A stretch of 64,000 nt of DNA from Candidatus Omnitrophota bacterium (GCA_030695905.1 JAUYOL010000036.1:54814-118813), one strand, 5' to 3'; shown: positions 9,596 to 20,641, numbered from the stretch's first letter. Made by a program: numbers and translations. Notes: generated by a model not told the origin, from the letters alone.

Positions 9596-11076
9596 TTTTT
9601 CCGCGCCTTTGGACTGATAAATACGTCCTTTAATCTTGATGCGATACCTGATTCGACTATCACCTTTTGAAATATTTCCGTGTAGTAAAGCCGCGCAAGG
9701 ATCTTGCTGATAAAAACCGGCAGCCCTATGCCACTGAATATGTTTTCCATCTCAGCTGAAAATTTAAGTTTTGTTTTCAGGGTATGTTTTTTCGCTTTTT
9801 TATTAAATTCATTATATAATTTTTTTCTTAAGCCGGCTGACATTTCAGGGGTCTCAAACACAGGGTTATTGACCCAGTGCGAAGAATGATTAAGATATGT
9901 TTCTTCTTTCTCTCTGAAATATTTGTTCTGTTTGACCCATTCATAAAGCTCGGTTCCGGGAAACGGTATGGGGTTATAAAATCTTATATCAAATACCGGA
10001 TATTTAACGGCCAATTGCAAAGATTCATAGGCGTCTTTTTCGGTCTCATGAGGCAGGCCCAATATAAAAAACAAAGTGACCATATAACCAAGGCCACATG
10101 CGTCGCTTATGGCCTTTTCCACGTCTGAAAGCTTTTCGCCCTTCTTAATAATGCTCAGCATCTTTTCGCTGCCGCTCTCTACGCCAAAAGCCAGGTAATT
10201 AAAACCCGCTTCCTTCATTGCGATAAGAGTTTGTTTGTCTATTGTATCTGCTCTTATCCCATTTCTGCAGCTTAGTATGAGCCCGGAGAGTTTTCTTTTT
10301 TTGATATCAGCGCATATATCCAATACCCTCTGTTTCTGAAAAGAAAAGTTGTCATCCACTATGTTGAATATCCTCATACCGTCTTTTTTATACCAGTACT
10401 CAATTTCGTCGACGACCGAAGACGGCGACCTTGTCCTTAACTTTCTCCCTATCGTGACCTTAACCGGACAAAATATGCAGCTATAAGGGCAACCTCTGCT
10501 TGTCAAAAGCGGTATGAAGCGTGGGTACTTATCCTTTTCTAAATATTCGTACTTTGGGAAGCCTATGTTATCAAGATCGATCTTGAAATCCCTGTCTCCG
10601 GAATACAGAACCTTGCCGCCTTCCCTGTAAAGCAACCCCTTTATCTCTTCCGGATTTTTCATACCGCTGCATAGTTCCAATATAGTATCTTCGCCTTCAA
10701 GCGCAACGCCATAATCTATTGAAATGCATTCTTCAAGGGTCCGCGCCCTAAAAGTGGATATGTGCGGCCCGCCTGCCACTATCTTTATATTTTTAAAGCT
10801 ATCTTTTATAAAATCGGCAAGCGCATAATGATCCCTATATTTGAAGCTCATCATACTTATGCCGATAAGGTCCGGATTGAACGAGCTTATGGACTCAAGA
10901 AGATCCCTATTGCTATAACCAAGGGACATGTCAAAGACCTTATGCGCTATTTTTCCTTTCTTTAACGATTCGGAAATATAGCCCAGGCCTGCCGGCAGCC
11001 CCACATATTCATAATGCGACTGCTTATAGTTCGGCCGTATCAGCAATACTCTTTTATAAGCATTTAAAGGCTTCAT
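9592..11076 (-). CDS. Cobalamin-binding radical SAM protein
   Basis: PAGLGYI and GGPH B12 domain; SRGCPYSCIFC; FGVESGS. Confidence 0.92.
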   Translation of the reverse strand: MKPLNAYKRVLLIRPNYKQSHYEYVGLPAGLGYISESLKKGKIAHKVFDMSLGYSNRDLLESISSFNPDLIGISMMSFKYRDHYALADFIKDSFKNIKIVAGGPHISTFRARTLEECISIDYGVALEGEDTILELCSGMKNPEEIKGLLYREGGKVLYSGDRDFKIDLDNIGFPKYEYLEKDKYPRFIPLLTSRGCPYSCIFCPVKVTIGRKLRTRSPSSVVDEIEYWYKKDGMRIFNIVDDNFSFQKQRVLDICADIKKRKLSGLILSCRNGIRADTIDKQTLIAMKEAGFNYLAFGVESGSEKMLSIIKKGEKLSDVEKAISDACGLGYMVTLFFILGLPHETEKDAYESLQLAVKYPVFDIRFYNPIPFPGTELYEWVKQNKYFREKEETYLNHSSHWVNNPVFETPEMSAGLRKKLYNEFNKKAKKHTLKTKLKFSAEMENIFSGIGLPVFISKILARLYYTEIFQKVIVESGIASRLKDVFISPKARKK

Positions 11077-12179
11077 CGCTTCTCCATGAGCTGTGCATAC
11101 TGAGCAAGATAGTCGCCCGCTATCCTGTCCCAGCTGAAATTATACATGACATATTCTCTGGATTTTTTTGCCAGGTCCAGCCTTAAATCCGGCCTGGAAA
11201 GCAATGAACTCACGGTTTCGGCAAAAGCATTGTAATCGCCTTCCTTTATAAGAATCCCGTTTTTATTGTTATGCAGGGCTTCCGCGATACCATCCACTTC
11301 ATACGCTACAACAGGCAGAGCATTCATCCCGGCCTCAAGCACAACCAAACCAAAACCTTCAGCGTCATCCTTTACCTTAATATTAGGCATTACAAAAACA
11401 TCGCTTGCCGTAAATAATGCATTATAAAGACCGCTGTCATGTTCAACGTATCCCAGCCTGTGCGCCTTTCCGAAGAATCCCGACCTTCTAATGGCATTAT
11501 CTATCTCGGGCGCCTGCGGACCATCGCCTGCCACCAAAAAAAGTATATCTTTGTTTTTTTCATTGATCCTCGGCATCCCCTCTTCAATAAACTCTTTTAT
11601 GCCCTTTTTTGGCACGAGCCTGGAAACAGAAAGAATAATCTTTTTATCTGTTAACATAATCCCAAAATGCGCCGCTATTGCCCTACGGGCAATATCTTTG
11701 TCCAAACAGTTATTAATACGGCCCTTTATATCAATGCCATTGGGTATGACCGCAAGCTTATTCTCCGGAATGCCCCGCGCGGCCAGCCTTTCTTTTATAT
11801 AATTGCTTACACAAATTATCCTATCGAGCTTTTTTGCCGGACACAATACTAAAAGATCGTACAAAATACCCGCATACGCCGAATCCCTTCCGTGCGATAC
11901 AGACAGAACGGGCTTATTGAATAATATCTTGAGTAAAAATCCGAGAGGAGAAAGCACCAGGTCGCCTAGCTGAATAACATCCACCTTATTTGTAATTACC
12001 AATAAAACCGATACCATAAAGGCGTATGCCATAAAAAGCGGTAGAAAGAGCTGCGAGTGCCCCCATGCTATCAAATACACCTTATTACCTGCGGCAATAC
12101 TGTCATAAAATTGCCTGCTTTGGGTCTGCATCCCGCCTATGCTGGGTGGAAATTTACGCGTTATATATAAAATGTTCAT
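11073..12179 (-). CDS. Glycosyltransferase family 4
   Basis: PPSIGG, SRLVPKKG, EGFGLVVLEA. Confidence 0.92.
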   Translation of the reverse strand: MNILYITRKFPPSIGGMQTQSRQFYDSIAAGNKVYLIAWGHSQLFLPLFMAYAFMVSVLLVITNKVDVIQLGDLVLSPLGFLLKILFNKPVLSVSHGRDSAYAGILYDLLVLCPAKKLDRIICVSNYIKERLAARGIPENKLAVIPNGIDIKGRINNCLDKDIARRAIAAHFGIMLTDKKIILSVSRLVPKKGIKEFIEEGMPRINEKNKDILFLVAGDGPQAPEIDNAIRRSGFFGKAHRLGYVEHDSGLYNALFTASDVFVMPNIKVKDDAEGFGLVVLEAGMNALPVVAYEVDGIAEALHNNKNGILIKEGDYNAFAETVSSLLSRPDLRLDLAKKSREYVMYNFSWDRIAGDYLAQYAQLMEKR

Positions 12180-13124
12180 TTAAGGCTTAGACTGCTCCTT
12201 TCTCTGCCTATACAGGATCTCTTCCGATAGTTTCCTGTTAGCGGCAATAATATCAGCCAGAAGACCTGTAAATATCAGCTGAGCTCCTATTATGGTCAGG
12301 ATCAGCGCCAGGATAAGAGATTGCACGTGCCCGCCCCTCTTTACTCCGAAAAAGAAGAAATACAGGTATCTGCCACCTAATATGGCTGCACCGCCTAAGA
12401 ATAACGACCCTATCTTAACAAAGAACTTCATCGGCTCATACATAAGATATATGCGCAATATCGTTGCAATGGACCTCAGAATATATGAGGCGGTATTTTT
12501 AATCAATCGCGATTCCCGCAGCTTTGGGTTTGCTTTTATATCTATATGCGCCACAGGGATTTCCTTCCTCCCCGCCTGAATCACCGTTTCCAAAGTATAG
12601 GTGTAAGTAGAAAATACATTTAACCGCAATGCAGCTTCTCTCGTATAAGCCCTGAATCCGCTTGTCACATCGGGGATAGCGGTATTCGAGAACTTCCTGA
12701 CCACCCAGCTTCCGAGCTGCTGCAAGACTTTTTTCAGCAACGAAAAATGCTGTATCGCGAACATGTCCCTGCAGCCTATGGTAATCTCTGCCTTGCCGTT
12801 TAATATAGGCCCTATAAGCCGCGGAATATCCTCGCCCTTGTACTGATTATCGCCATCCGTATTCACTATTATATCTGCGCCAAGAGCTAGGCTCTTTTCC
12901 AAGCCTCTCCTGAATGCCTCGGCCAACCCCCTATGCGAAGGCATGTCTACTATATAATCAACGCCCAGTTTTTTTGCGGTTTCAACGGTAGCATCGCCGC
13001 TCCCGTCATTTATGACTAATATTTTAATATCGTCGATACCTTTTATCCTTCTTGGTATGCTGTTTATAACTACCGGTAAAGTATTCTCTTCGTTATAACA
13101 CGGTATCTGAACTACGAGTTTCAT
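12180..13124 (-). CDS. Polyprenol-phosphate glycosyltransferase (GT2, ArnC/DPM-like) with two C-terminal TM helices
   Basis: IPCYNEE, DGSGD, DGDNQY, DVTSGFR. Confidence 0.9.
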   Translation of the reverse strand: MKLVVQIPCYNEENTLPVVINSIPRRIKGIDDIKILVINDGSGDATVETAKKLGVDYIVDMPSHRGLAEAFRRGLEKSLALGADIIVNTDGDNQYKGEDIPRLIGPILNGKAEITIGCRDMFAIQHFSLLKKVLQQLGSWVVRKFSNTAIPDVTSGFRAYTREAALRLNVFSTYTYTLETVIQAGRKEIPVAHIDIKANPKLRESRLIKNTASYILRSIATILRIYLMYEPMKFFVKIGSLFLGGAAILGGRYLYFFFFGVKRGGHVQSLILALILTIIGAQLIFTGLLADIIAANRKLSEEILYRQRKEQSKP

Positions 13125-13147
13125 CTTTCACCTCTCAATTTAGTAAA

Positions 13148-13942
13148 TCATTTTTCTAAAATAAACAAATTACTTCCAGCGCAAATATATGGAAAAAACT
13201 TTTCTAAAATATTACCCCATTTAACTGCAAGCTTGCTTTCGCCGTCATACGTATTTTTGTCTCTAAAGAAAGATGAAAATTCCACCAAAGAAAATGTATG
13301 ATCTATCGGCTTATGAAGGACTACCCTATACCCTGCTTCATTAAATTTTGCCATTAATTTTTTCGGGGCAAAATATTTCTGATAATAATACACCTTCTTT
13401 TCTTTTGAAAAAATACTCCTTAAAAATGGAGATCTCTTCAGCCATACAATCGGGCTCTTAATGATAGTAAAAATATTTCTGTGAGGAACCGTTACAAGCG
13501 CTGTCCCCCCTTTTTTAAGCACCCTATACGCTTCCCTTAAGGCAGCATTCGGACCTTCTATGAAATGCTCAATCACCCCGAATGAGATATATGTATCTAA
13601 ACTTTCGTCCTGAAACGGCAATGTCCTGACGTCGGCTGTGGCTAAACGAATATCGGGGTTGTAACTTTTCGCCTGCCTTATAGTAGGTTCGTTGTAATCG
13701 ATACCTATTATATTGTAACCTTTGGAACGAAGATATCCCACCCACTGCCCCAGGCCGCATCCTGCTTCCAGCACTAATCCCTTTTTCGGAAGATAATTGA
13801 GATATACGTCGATTATCTTTTTGACTCTAGGATAATCGAATATTTCATTGATGGATTTAAGGTCCACCTTGCTCCAATTAAGTTCCCACGACTTCTTGGT
13901 ATCTGATTCTATTTTCTTACAGAGCTCTCTTTGAATATCCAT
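13148..13942 (-). CDS. Class I SAM-dependent methyltransferase
   Basis: LEAGCGLG, GVIEH, RVLKKGG. Confidence 0.9.
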   Translation of the reverse strand: MDIQRELCKKIESDTKKSWELNWSKVDLKSINEIFDYPRVKKIIDVYLNYLPKKGLVLEAGCGLGQWVGYLRSKGYNIIGIDYNEPTIRQAKSYNPDIRLATADVRTLPFQDESLDTYISFGVIEHFIEGPNAALREAYRVLKKGGTALVTVPHRNIFTIIKSPIVWLKRSPFLRSIFSKEKKVYYYQKYFAPKKLMAKFNEAGYRVVLHKPIDHTFSLVEFSSFFRDKNTYDGESKLAVKWGNILEKFFPYICAGSNLFILEK

Positions 13943-14721
13943 TTTTTATCTTTCAAATTCTGTCTGAATAACCGCCTGTTAGAGGCGTATACTGAAAAAG
14001 TGTTTTCTTTTGCCAGAGGCAGCATCTGAACCTTTCCGCCAGCCCCGGTAACAATTGCAACCCCAGCGGCGACGTCCCATAGCATTATATTATTTTCACG
14101 GTAAACATCCGCTCTGCCTGCCGCGACATAGGCTAGCGACAAAGCAGCGGACCCGATCAAACGGACTTTTTTATAGCTTTGAATTTGCTTGGTAAATTTT
14201 AATATACCGCCGGATGAAAAATCGGCGCTCACTGGAAAACCCGTACAAAGTACGGCGTTTGCTTCTTTGGAAACAGCGCTCACTCTTATCCGTCTTTGGT
14301 TCAAGAACGCAATTTTACCGGCTATGCCGGAAAAAAGTTCATTTTTATTGAAGTCGTAAATTACTCCCAACAAAGGCTCCTCGCCCCTCCACAGACCTAC
14401 AGAAACGCAGCTTATAGGAATCCCGCGTAAAAAATTCATAGTTCCATCAAGCGGGTCAATAATCCAAAGAAAACGCTTTTCAGAATTTCCCGGCAGAAAC
14501 CCTCTTTCTTCTGTAAGAATATCAAATTCAGATTTGGCTCTTAACATATTTACGATGATCTTTTCTGAATGTAAATCAGCGGAGATCTTTACATCTTTCC
14601 CGAGATCGGCCAGGATTTTATTGTCTTTTATTTTCGTCCGAGACAAAAACGCGCCGGCGCCGCGCGCCGCCTTTTCAGCGATAAATAACCATTTCTCTAG
14701 CTCATGCATTTCCCTAGTCAT
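13909..14721 (-). CDS. Inositol-monophosphatase-family sugar phosphatase
   Basis: EE, WIIDPLDGTMNF, GSAA, WDVAAG. Confidence 0.92.
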   Translation of the reverse strand: MTREMHELEKWLFIAEKAARGAGAFLSRTKIKDNKILADLGKDVKISADLHSEKIIVNMLRAKSEFDILTEERGFLPGNSEKRFLWIIDPLDGTMNFLRGIPISCVSVGLWRGEEPLLGVIYDFNKNELFSGIAGKIAFLNQRRIRVSAVSKEANAVLCTGFPVSADFSSGGILKFTKQIQSYKKVRLIGSAALSLAYVAAGRADVYRENNIMLWDVAAGVAIVTGAGGKVQMLPLAKENTFSVYASNRRLFRQNLKDKKWIFKESSVRK

Positions 14722-15644
14722 TAATATTTCCTTAAAGCTTCGATAAGGTTTTTGACCGCTTCCATTTCCATCCGCTTTCTACACTCAACCGTGTAAGAAC
14801 CAACGTGGGGGGTAAGCATAACTTGCGGATATTTTATCAACGGCCCAGCATATGGCTCCTCTTCAAATACATCAAGCCATGCCCCTGCAATGCGTTTTTC
14901 CTCCAGCGCCTTTACGAGAGCGTCTTCATTTACAGCTCCGCCGCGTGCCGCATTAAGGATAAATGCGCCTTTTTTTATCTTCCGCAATTCATTCTTTCCA
15001 ATAATACAATTGTTCCCACTGGAATGTATACTGATAATATCGGCTTCTGACAATGCCTTCTCAAGCGATAGGGTTGTTACATTAGCATCGCTATTCTTTA
15101 TAAGCGGGTCTACTACCAATACCCTTACTCTAAAAGGTATAAGCAGCTGGCTTAATCTTCTGCCTATGCGCCCAAAACCTACGATTACCACTGTCTTCCC
15201 TTCAAGCAGGAAGCCTATCCGCTTGGCCCATCTGCCTTTATGAAGTTCATTGTCCATAAAAGGCACGGCCCTTATAAGACTCAGTATGGCTGCCAGTGTA
15301 AGTTCGGCAACAGAATTTACTGGAGCGTCCGGAGTTGAACATACTGTAATTCCTAATTCCTCGGCTGCCGCAAGATCCACATTAGACATCCCGGAACCAC
15401 ATCTGGATATAACCTTTAATCTGGATTTAGACATTATTTCTTTGTCTAGAATTTCTAATCCTGCAATCAAACCTGTTATGCCCTTTGACAATAATCCTAA
15501 CAGTTCAGGTTTTGTTAGCCGGCGCTTATAAGGATTATCCATTACTTCACACCCTGCATTTTTAAGCATATCTAAGGGTTCCGTGTCAGTAGCTGCAAAA
15601 GATGAGGTGCTTATAAGTATCTTTTCTCCGAAAAATTGCTTCAT
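14721..15644 (-). CDS. D-2-hydroxyacid (phosphoglycerate) dehydrogenase family
   Basis: GFGRIG, NAARGG, DVFEEEP, TPHVGS. Confidence 0.92.
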   Translation of the reverse strand: MKQFFGEKILISTSSFAATDTEPLDMLKNAGCEVMDNPYKRRLTKPELLGLLSKGITGLIAGLEILDKEIMSKSRLKVISRCGSGMSNVDLAAAEELGITVCSTPDAPVNSVAELTLAAILSLIRAVPFMDNELHKGRWAKRIGFLLEGKTVVIVGFGRIGRRLSQLLIPFRVRVLVVDPLIKNSDANVTTLSLEKALSEADIISIHSSGNNCIIGKNELRKIKKGAFILNAARGGAVNEDALVKALEEKRIAGAWLDVFEEEPYAGPLIKYPQVMLTPHVGSYTVECRKRMEMEAVKNLIEALRKY

Positions 15645-15651
15645 ACAAACA

Positions 15652-16263
15652 TTATCCTTTTCGTTTTTTAAACCACATCCAGGTATAGATAAGATGGTCC
15701 ATTATCATGTGGATATCCTCAACGGGCCCATATTCGCCTTTCGGCGTATTCACATGTACGCAGATATCGCTTATTTCCTTTAATTTACCTCCGTCAAAGC
15801 CGACAAGGCCTATAACTCTGCCTCCTCGTTTTTTGACCCATCTTGCGGCATTTACAACATTAGGGGAATTGCCGCTTGCCGAAATGGCTACAAGCTTATC
15901 GCCCCGCTTGTAATAGAGATTGAGCTGTCTGATAAAAATATTGTCATAACCGGAATCGTTTGCAATGGCAGTTATGGATGAAACATTGTCGGTAAGAGAT
16001 ATTGCGCGAAACGGCAGCTTCTCATCCTTGCGCGTCCCTAATCCAAAATCGTTTGCCATGTGCGAAGCCGTTGATGCAGAGCCGCCGTTGCCTATGAAAA
16101 ACACGGTATTGCGATTTTTATGCGCCTTGTCAAATTCCCTGACGATACCTTCTATCACACCCATGTCAAGCCGGTCCATCAGGCCGCACAGATACCTGAA
16201 ATAACCCTTGCTGAACTGGTGTATATCGGCCGAGTTATTAAAAAGAGTTTCTATATTTTCCAT
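15652..16263 (-). CDS. SIS-domain phosphosugar isomerase (GmhA-like)
   Basis: GNGGSAS, AIAND, ISASGNSPN, EDIH. Confidence 0.88.
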   Translation of the reverse strand: MENIETLFNNSADIHQFSKGYFRYLCGLMDRLDMGVIEGIVREFDKAHKNRNTVFFIGNGGSASTASHMANDFGLGTRKDEKLPFRAISLTDNVSSITAIANDSGYDNIFIRQLNLYYKRGDKLVAISASGNSPNVVNAARWVKKRGGRVIGLVGFDGGKLKEISDICVHVNTPKGEYGPVEDIHMIMDHLIYTWMWFKKRKG

Positions 16264-16278
16264 AATCCTCTTCGCCTT

Positions 16279-17007
16279 TCATTTTTGCCTTATAAAGATA
16301 AGATTTGAATACTTATCGTCAAGACGGTGCTGTTGAGATTTTTCAAACCCGATGGCTGTCAGGAAATTTGTTATTTTACTATACCGCTCCGTATCGGATT
16401 CAATCAATATACTTTTTACTCTGGGGAGTAATTTCACGGCCCCCTGCAATATCTCATATTCATTACCATCAACATCAAGTTTTATATGATCTATCTGCGG
16501 CAAGTTGAATTCCTCCGCAAAATCATCCAGCGAGTAAGAAAGAACGTGCTGGATCCAGTTATCGCCTATTACTGTATTTACAATAGTATTGCAAGATCCG
16601 CCTTCGGACGTCTGATTATATGAAAAAGCGTTTATGCGCTTATCGCTGTACAAGGCGATATTAAACGGAATAATACTGGTAAACCTGTTTGCTAGTATGT
16701 TTTTCTCCAGCATATAAAAATTAAAAATGGACGGCTCAAAGGCATAAACAAGCCTGCAGTATCTGGATGCTACCAAAGAGTACGCGCCTACGTTGGCCCC
16801 GATATCAACAAAAACGTCATTTTTCCCGAACGTTTCTATCCATTTTATGGTCCCCGGTTCCTTGGCGCATGAATTAAGGCGCAGATTATCACACATCAGG
16901 ATATCGAATTTCGCGTAATCTAATTTATGAATGATTTTAATCTTTTTGATTGTGTCCGCTACAATAGATTTTGACCTGTTTTTTAAAGAATTCCACGATA
17001 GCTTCAT
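16279..17007 (-). CDS. FkbM-family methyltransferase
   Basis: DIGANVG, AFEP, IKLDVDGNE. Confidence 0.9.
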   Translation of the reverse strand: MKLSWNSLKNRSKSIVADTIKKIKIIHKLDYAKFDILMCDNLRLNSCAKEPGTIKWIETFGKNDVFVDIGANVGAYSLVASRYCRLVYAFEPSIFNFYMLEKNILANRFTSIIPFNIALYSDKRINAFSYNQTSEGGSCNTIVNTVIGDNWIQHVLSYSLDDFAEEFNLPQIDHIKLDVDGNEYEILQGAVKLLPRVKSILIESDTERYSKITNFLTAIGFEKSQQHRLDDKYSNLIFIRQK

Positions 17008-17031
17008 TCAGATATCCTCCTAAGCAAGTTA

Positions 17032-18561
17032 CTATGCCTTCTCTTTGGTAAAATCCCAAACTGCCTCTTTTCTGGTGATAAAGTAAAAGATTTTCCTCAA
17101 AAGACTATAAAGCCTGCGGGAAAACACGCTATCATTTTCTGCCAGACCAATCAATGGATAAAATATTTTGGGTAATTTTAAATACATCTGAAAAGTTTTG
17201 AAAATACCGTTCAGCTCTTTTCTGGACACGTCTTTTAAGTTAAGGCAGGAGTCTGTCCTGTAACCGTCCTCGAACTCTCTTTCTTTTGATATATCAAAAA
17301 TATTTTCTTGAACACACAGGCCTCTAACCTTTGTGCCGCGATAGGGATGTAAAAAGGTAAGCGTGGTAGTCGTAGGGTTGGCCTTCCGGTTTAATTCAAT
17401 GGTTTCAAATATATTTTTCCTGGTCTCATGCGGTATACCTATGATATTGAAAGATGAGCTGCGCACTTTATATTTATGCGCCAATTTAAAAACATTGATA
17501 ATATGCTCATCGGAACAACGACGCTCAAAAATCTCTTCCCTTATTTTTGGATTACCGGACTCGAGCCCGACGCAAATATTGCGGCAGCCGGCGTCAACAA
17601 GTTTGGCAAACTGTTTCTCTCGGACCAGCTCTGCGTGTAAACTTACATTGAAAGGGATCTTTACGTTCTTTTTATAAAGACGACAGAACTCGTCCAAAAC
17701 ATCCTCTTTGTGCAGAGGAAAAATATCATCTACAAAGAACGCAAAATTAAGATTATATTTTTCCTTGCATTCCGCTATCTCTTTAACCGCCAGATCCGGG
17801 CGTTTTATACGATATAGCGCACCCTTGTTTTTATAGATATTGGACAGGGCAAAATTGGCGCAATAAGTACAGCGGAAAAGACAACCGCGCGTGAGAGAAA
17901 ATATACCCATGCGGTACATCTTACCCCCCAGGGGACGTATTAAATGGCGCTCGTCAAACAAGCTCCAGTCAGGTTGCAGCAAAGAATCCAGATCGATGAG
18001 CGACCGCACATCATTACGATAGACTTTCCCATTGTGTTTTATCCATATATTGCCGACGTTTAGGATGTCTTTGCCTTCAGCGAATTTTGAGCACAATTCC
18101 GGAACGGCTTCTTCGCCTTCTCCGACGCAGATAGCATCCACGCAATCTTCAGCGATAACTTCCTCGGGAGAAAAAGTGACCGTAGGTCCGCCGAACAAAA
18201 CAAAGATATTCTTATAGTCCCTCTTTATCGCCCTCGCAAGCTCTAAACCAAAACGGTAATTAGGGTCAACGACGCTGATACCGACGACATCCGGAACGCA
18301 CTTTTCTATTTTTTTAAAAAGTTCGCCGATAACATCCGCCTCCTGCTCAATAATATTGTATTCAGAGAAGTCGGGATTACGCACCTGCAGAGAATATGCC
18401 CTTAATTGATCATCGCTGACGCCGCTACCGCATTTCACAAAAGTCGTGTCAAAAACATCCACCTGATGCCCGGCGGCCTTAAGATAAGAGATTAGATATC
18501 CTACCCCCAGCGGCATGCGGGTCGTCATCGTTTTATTGGGATATATAAGTAAAATCTTCAT
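17032..18561 (-). CDS. Cobalamin-binding radical SAM protein
   Basis: PLGVGYL, GGP, TRGCLFRCTYC, GLESG. Confidence 0.92.
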   Translation of the reverse strand: MKILLIYPNKTMTTRMPLGVGYLISYLKAAGHQVDVFDTTFVKCGSGVSDDQLRAYSLQVRNPDFSEYNIIEQEADVIGELFKKIEKCVPDVVGISVVDPNYRFGLELARAIKRDYKNIFVLFGGPTVTFSPEEVIAEDCVDAICVGEGEEAVPELCSKFAEGKDILNVGNIWIKHNGKVYRNDVRSLIDLDSLLQPDWSLFDERHLIRPLGGKMYRMGIFSLTRGCLFRCTYCANFALSNIYKNKGALYRIKRPDLAVKEIAECKEKYNLNFAFFVDDIFPLHKEDVLDEFCRLYKKNVKIPFNVSLHAELVREKQFAKLVDAGCRNICVGLESGNPKIREEIFERRCSDEHIINVFKLAHKYKVRSSSFNIIGIPHETRKNIFETIELNRKANPTTTTLTFLHPYRGTKVRGLCVQENIFDISKEREFEDGYRTDSCLNLKDVSRKELNGIFKTFQMYLKLPKIFYPLIGLAENDSVFSRRLYSLLRKIFYFITRKEAVWDFTKEKA

Positions 18562-18566
18562 AATCC

Positions 18567-19574
18567 TTACTTTTTTATTGCCGCGATCCTCACATGTGAA
18601 CTTAATTGAAAATGCTGCAAATACTCCTGAAGCGAGCGCAGAGACTCTTTGCCTCTATTATCAAAAATATATTTCCAAAAACCGTCGATAGATATACCAC
18701 GATCTTTCTCGTACTCCCTCTTGACAGTCTCAACGTCAAACCTGCCCGGAGTGCTCACTTCGATTATTTCAAAACCGGCGTTTTTTATCCCGGAGATCAT
18801 GGCCTCCAGCGACAATATGTTTAACCTGTCGGGGACTATAACGTTAGGAGAGATATCCCTCAAGACTTGATATTCAAACCCGCTTGCAGTAACGGACGTA
18901 ATGATAAACAGGCCGTTCTTTGCGCAGGAACGATATGCTAAATCAAACAGATCCTTAGGCGAAAAAACCCTTTCTATTATTTCAAAGGCAGCGAAAATGT
19001 CCACCTTACCGGCGAATTCTCCGGTGTTTTTTAAAATTTTTGCGTTCTTTAACAACAGATCTTCTTGTTCATAGCACTGCGGCATCAATGAAATGGACGA
19101 AGAAAAGACACCGGATTCATTAAGTTCTTTTAGAAAATCCGGATACCTGGTGCCGTAATCTAAAAATATCCCTTTCTTGGAAAGATACTCTCCGACCAAA
19201 TCGATAAGCCACTGGGTACGATAAGAAAAGACATTTTGTGCGCGCGTTTCCGAAGTTTTTTTGAAAAAAACTTCCCTAAGGAATTTTCCGGAACTGGAAT
19301 CTTTATAGAAATTCCTCAGCGCTTCTTCGCTGGGACGCGGAGAAGCATACCAGGAACCGCAGATACCGCATACATGATAGGTAAAACCATTTTTAACAAA
19401 ATGCCTCTCCTCTTTTTTAGACAGGCAACCCGGGCATTTAATATCCGTCAACAGCGATTTATCAGAAAAATATTGTTTTATGTCCTTAACAACCAGCTTC
19501 TTGTACTCATTGTAGATATGCTCTGGCCGAATCTCCGATTCTTTTAAATCATCTAAAAATACTACATTTCTCAT
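18567..19574 (-). CDS. Zn-ribbon plus class I methyltransferase-like protein
   Basis: CPGC...CGIC, AAFEIIER, STPGRFD; SAM motif I degenerate (LDYGTRYP). Start moved to the ATGA overlap at 19574. Confidence 0.7.
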   Translation of the reverse strand: MRNVVFLDDLKESEIRPEHIYNEYKKLVVKDIKQYFSDKSLLTDIKCPGCLSKKEERHFVKNGFTYHVCGICGSWYASPRPSEEALRNFYKDSSSGKFLREVFFKKTSETRAQNVFSYRTQWLIDLVGEYLSKKGIFLDYGTRYPDFLKELNESGVFSSSISLMPQCYEQEDLLLKNAKILKNTGEFAGKVDIFAAFEIIERVFSPKDLFDLAYRSCAKNGLFIITSVTASGFEYQVLRDISPNVIVPDRLNILSLEAMISGIKNAGFEIIEVSTPGRFDVETVKREYEKDRGISIDGFWKYIFDNRGKESLRSLQEYLQHFQLSSHVRIAAIKK

Positions 19575-20641
19575 ATTTTCCCCCTTCCGCAAAGATCTGA
19601 AACACCGCCGGCATTTATGTTCTTATCATCGGCATATATCCTCTGGACCAGGTCCATTGTCTTTATCGCGTCATCCACCCCGCCATTAGTGATCGGCTTA
19701 TCCTCTGCCACGCACTCTACAAACTCGCTGATCTCAGCTATCCAGGAGTCGTCGTCATCATAATAAACCATATTTTCCTGAGGATTAGGCATGGGGTAAT
19801 TATTTTTGTCAAAAATACACCTGGCTATCTTTAATGTCTCCCTGCCATATGTCCGCGTTGAGGAAAGGATCCCGTCTATCTCCAAATACCCTTTTTCCAT
19901 ATATATCTCCAGCAGAAATTTATGCCTCCACTGTGTTGCCGAAGAATGAATCATCGCGGTCTGCCCGGTCCCGGCGTTGCGCAGCAACGCGAAGACATTA
20001 TCCTCGACTTCCACCTTCCAGTACGAATTACCGACAAAGCTTTTAACCTCATCAAATTCTCCGCAAAAATAACGGAAGAGGTCGAGCATGTGGATCCCCT
20101 GGTCTATCAATATACCCCCTCCGGACAGCGCTTTCTTATTGCGCCAATCTAAATCATAACCGGCTCCTCCGGCTTTGCCATATATGCCACGCATCCACAT
20201 TATATTCCCTAATCTGGCGCTCTTTACAATTGACCTGGCCTCTTTAACACCTTCGTGATAACGGTGGTTAAAACCGAATTTTACCTTTACCGAAGGATTG
20301 TTGACGGATGAGCGCTGAATCGCCTTTACATCTTCCAGGGTACAGCCTGGCGGTTTCTCGCTGAACACGTGAATCCCGCGCGATATAGCCTCAACGGCAA
20401 TCTCCGGTATGTGCCGGTTATAAGAACATATGAACACGATATCCGGTTTTTTATCCAAAACTTTTCTAAAATCATCGAAAAACGGCACGCCCGGCTGCTG
20501 CCACACACCGGGGTTGATATCGCACACGCCCGTCAATTCAAGGGCGGGATGGCGATCGACGCATTCATGGCGTATCTTTCCCACCTTGCCGTAGCCGATA
20601 ATCCCGACCTTATACTTTTTTTTCAATCTGTTCGTCGTCAT
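19571..20641 (-). CDS. Gfo/Idh/MocA oxidoreductase
   Basis: GYGKVG, EKPP, GFNHR, GGGILIDQGIH. Confidence 0.92.
   Translation of the reverse strand: MTTNRLKKKYKVGIIGYGKVGKIRHECVDRHPALELTGVCDINPGVWQQPGVPFFDDFRKVLDKKPDIVFICSYNRHIPEIAVEAISRGIHVFSEKPPGCTLEDVKAIQRSSVNNPSVKVKFGFNHRYHEGVKEARSIVKSARLGNIMWMRGIYGKAGGAGYDLDWRNKKALSGGGILIDQGIHMLDLFRYFCGEFDEVKSFVGNSYWKVEVEDNVFALLRNAGTGQTAMIHSSATQWRHKFLLEIYMEKGYLEIDGILSSTRTYGRETLKIARCIFDKNNYPMPNPQENMVYYDDDDSWIAEISEFVECVAEDKPITNGGVDDAIKTMDLVQRIYADDKNINAGGVSDLCGRGKI

Noticed and set aside
14721-15644. Housekeeping serA
   Set aside because: No ACT domain and it sits in a sugar-pathway block; family-level call only.
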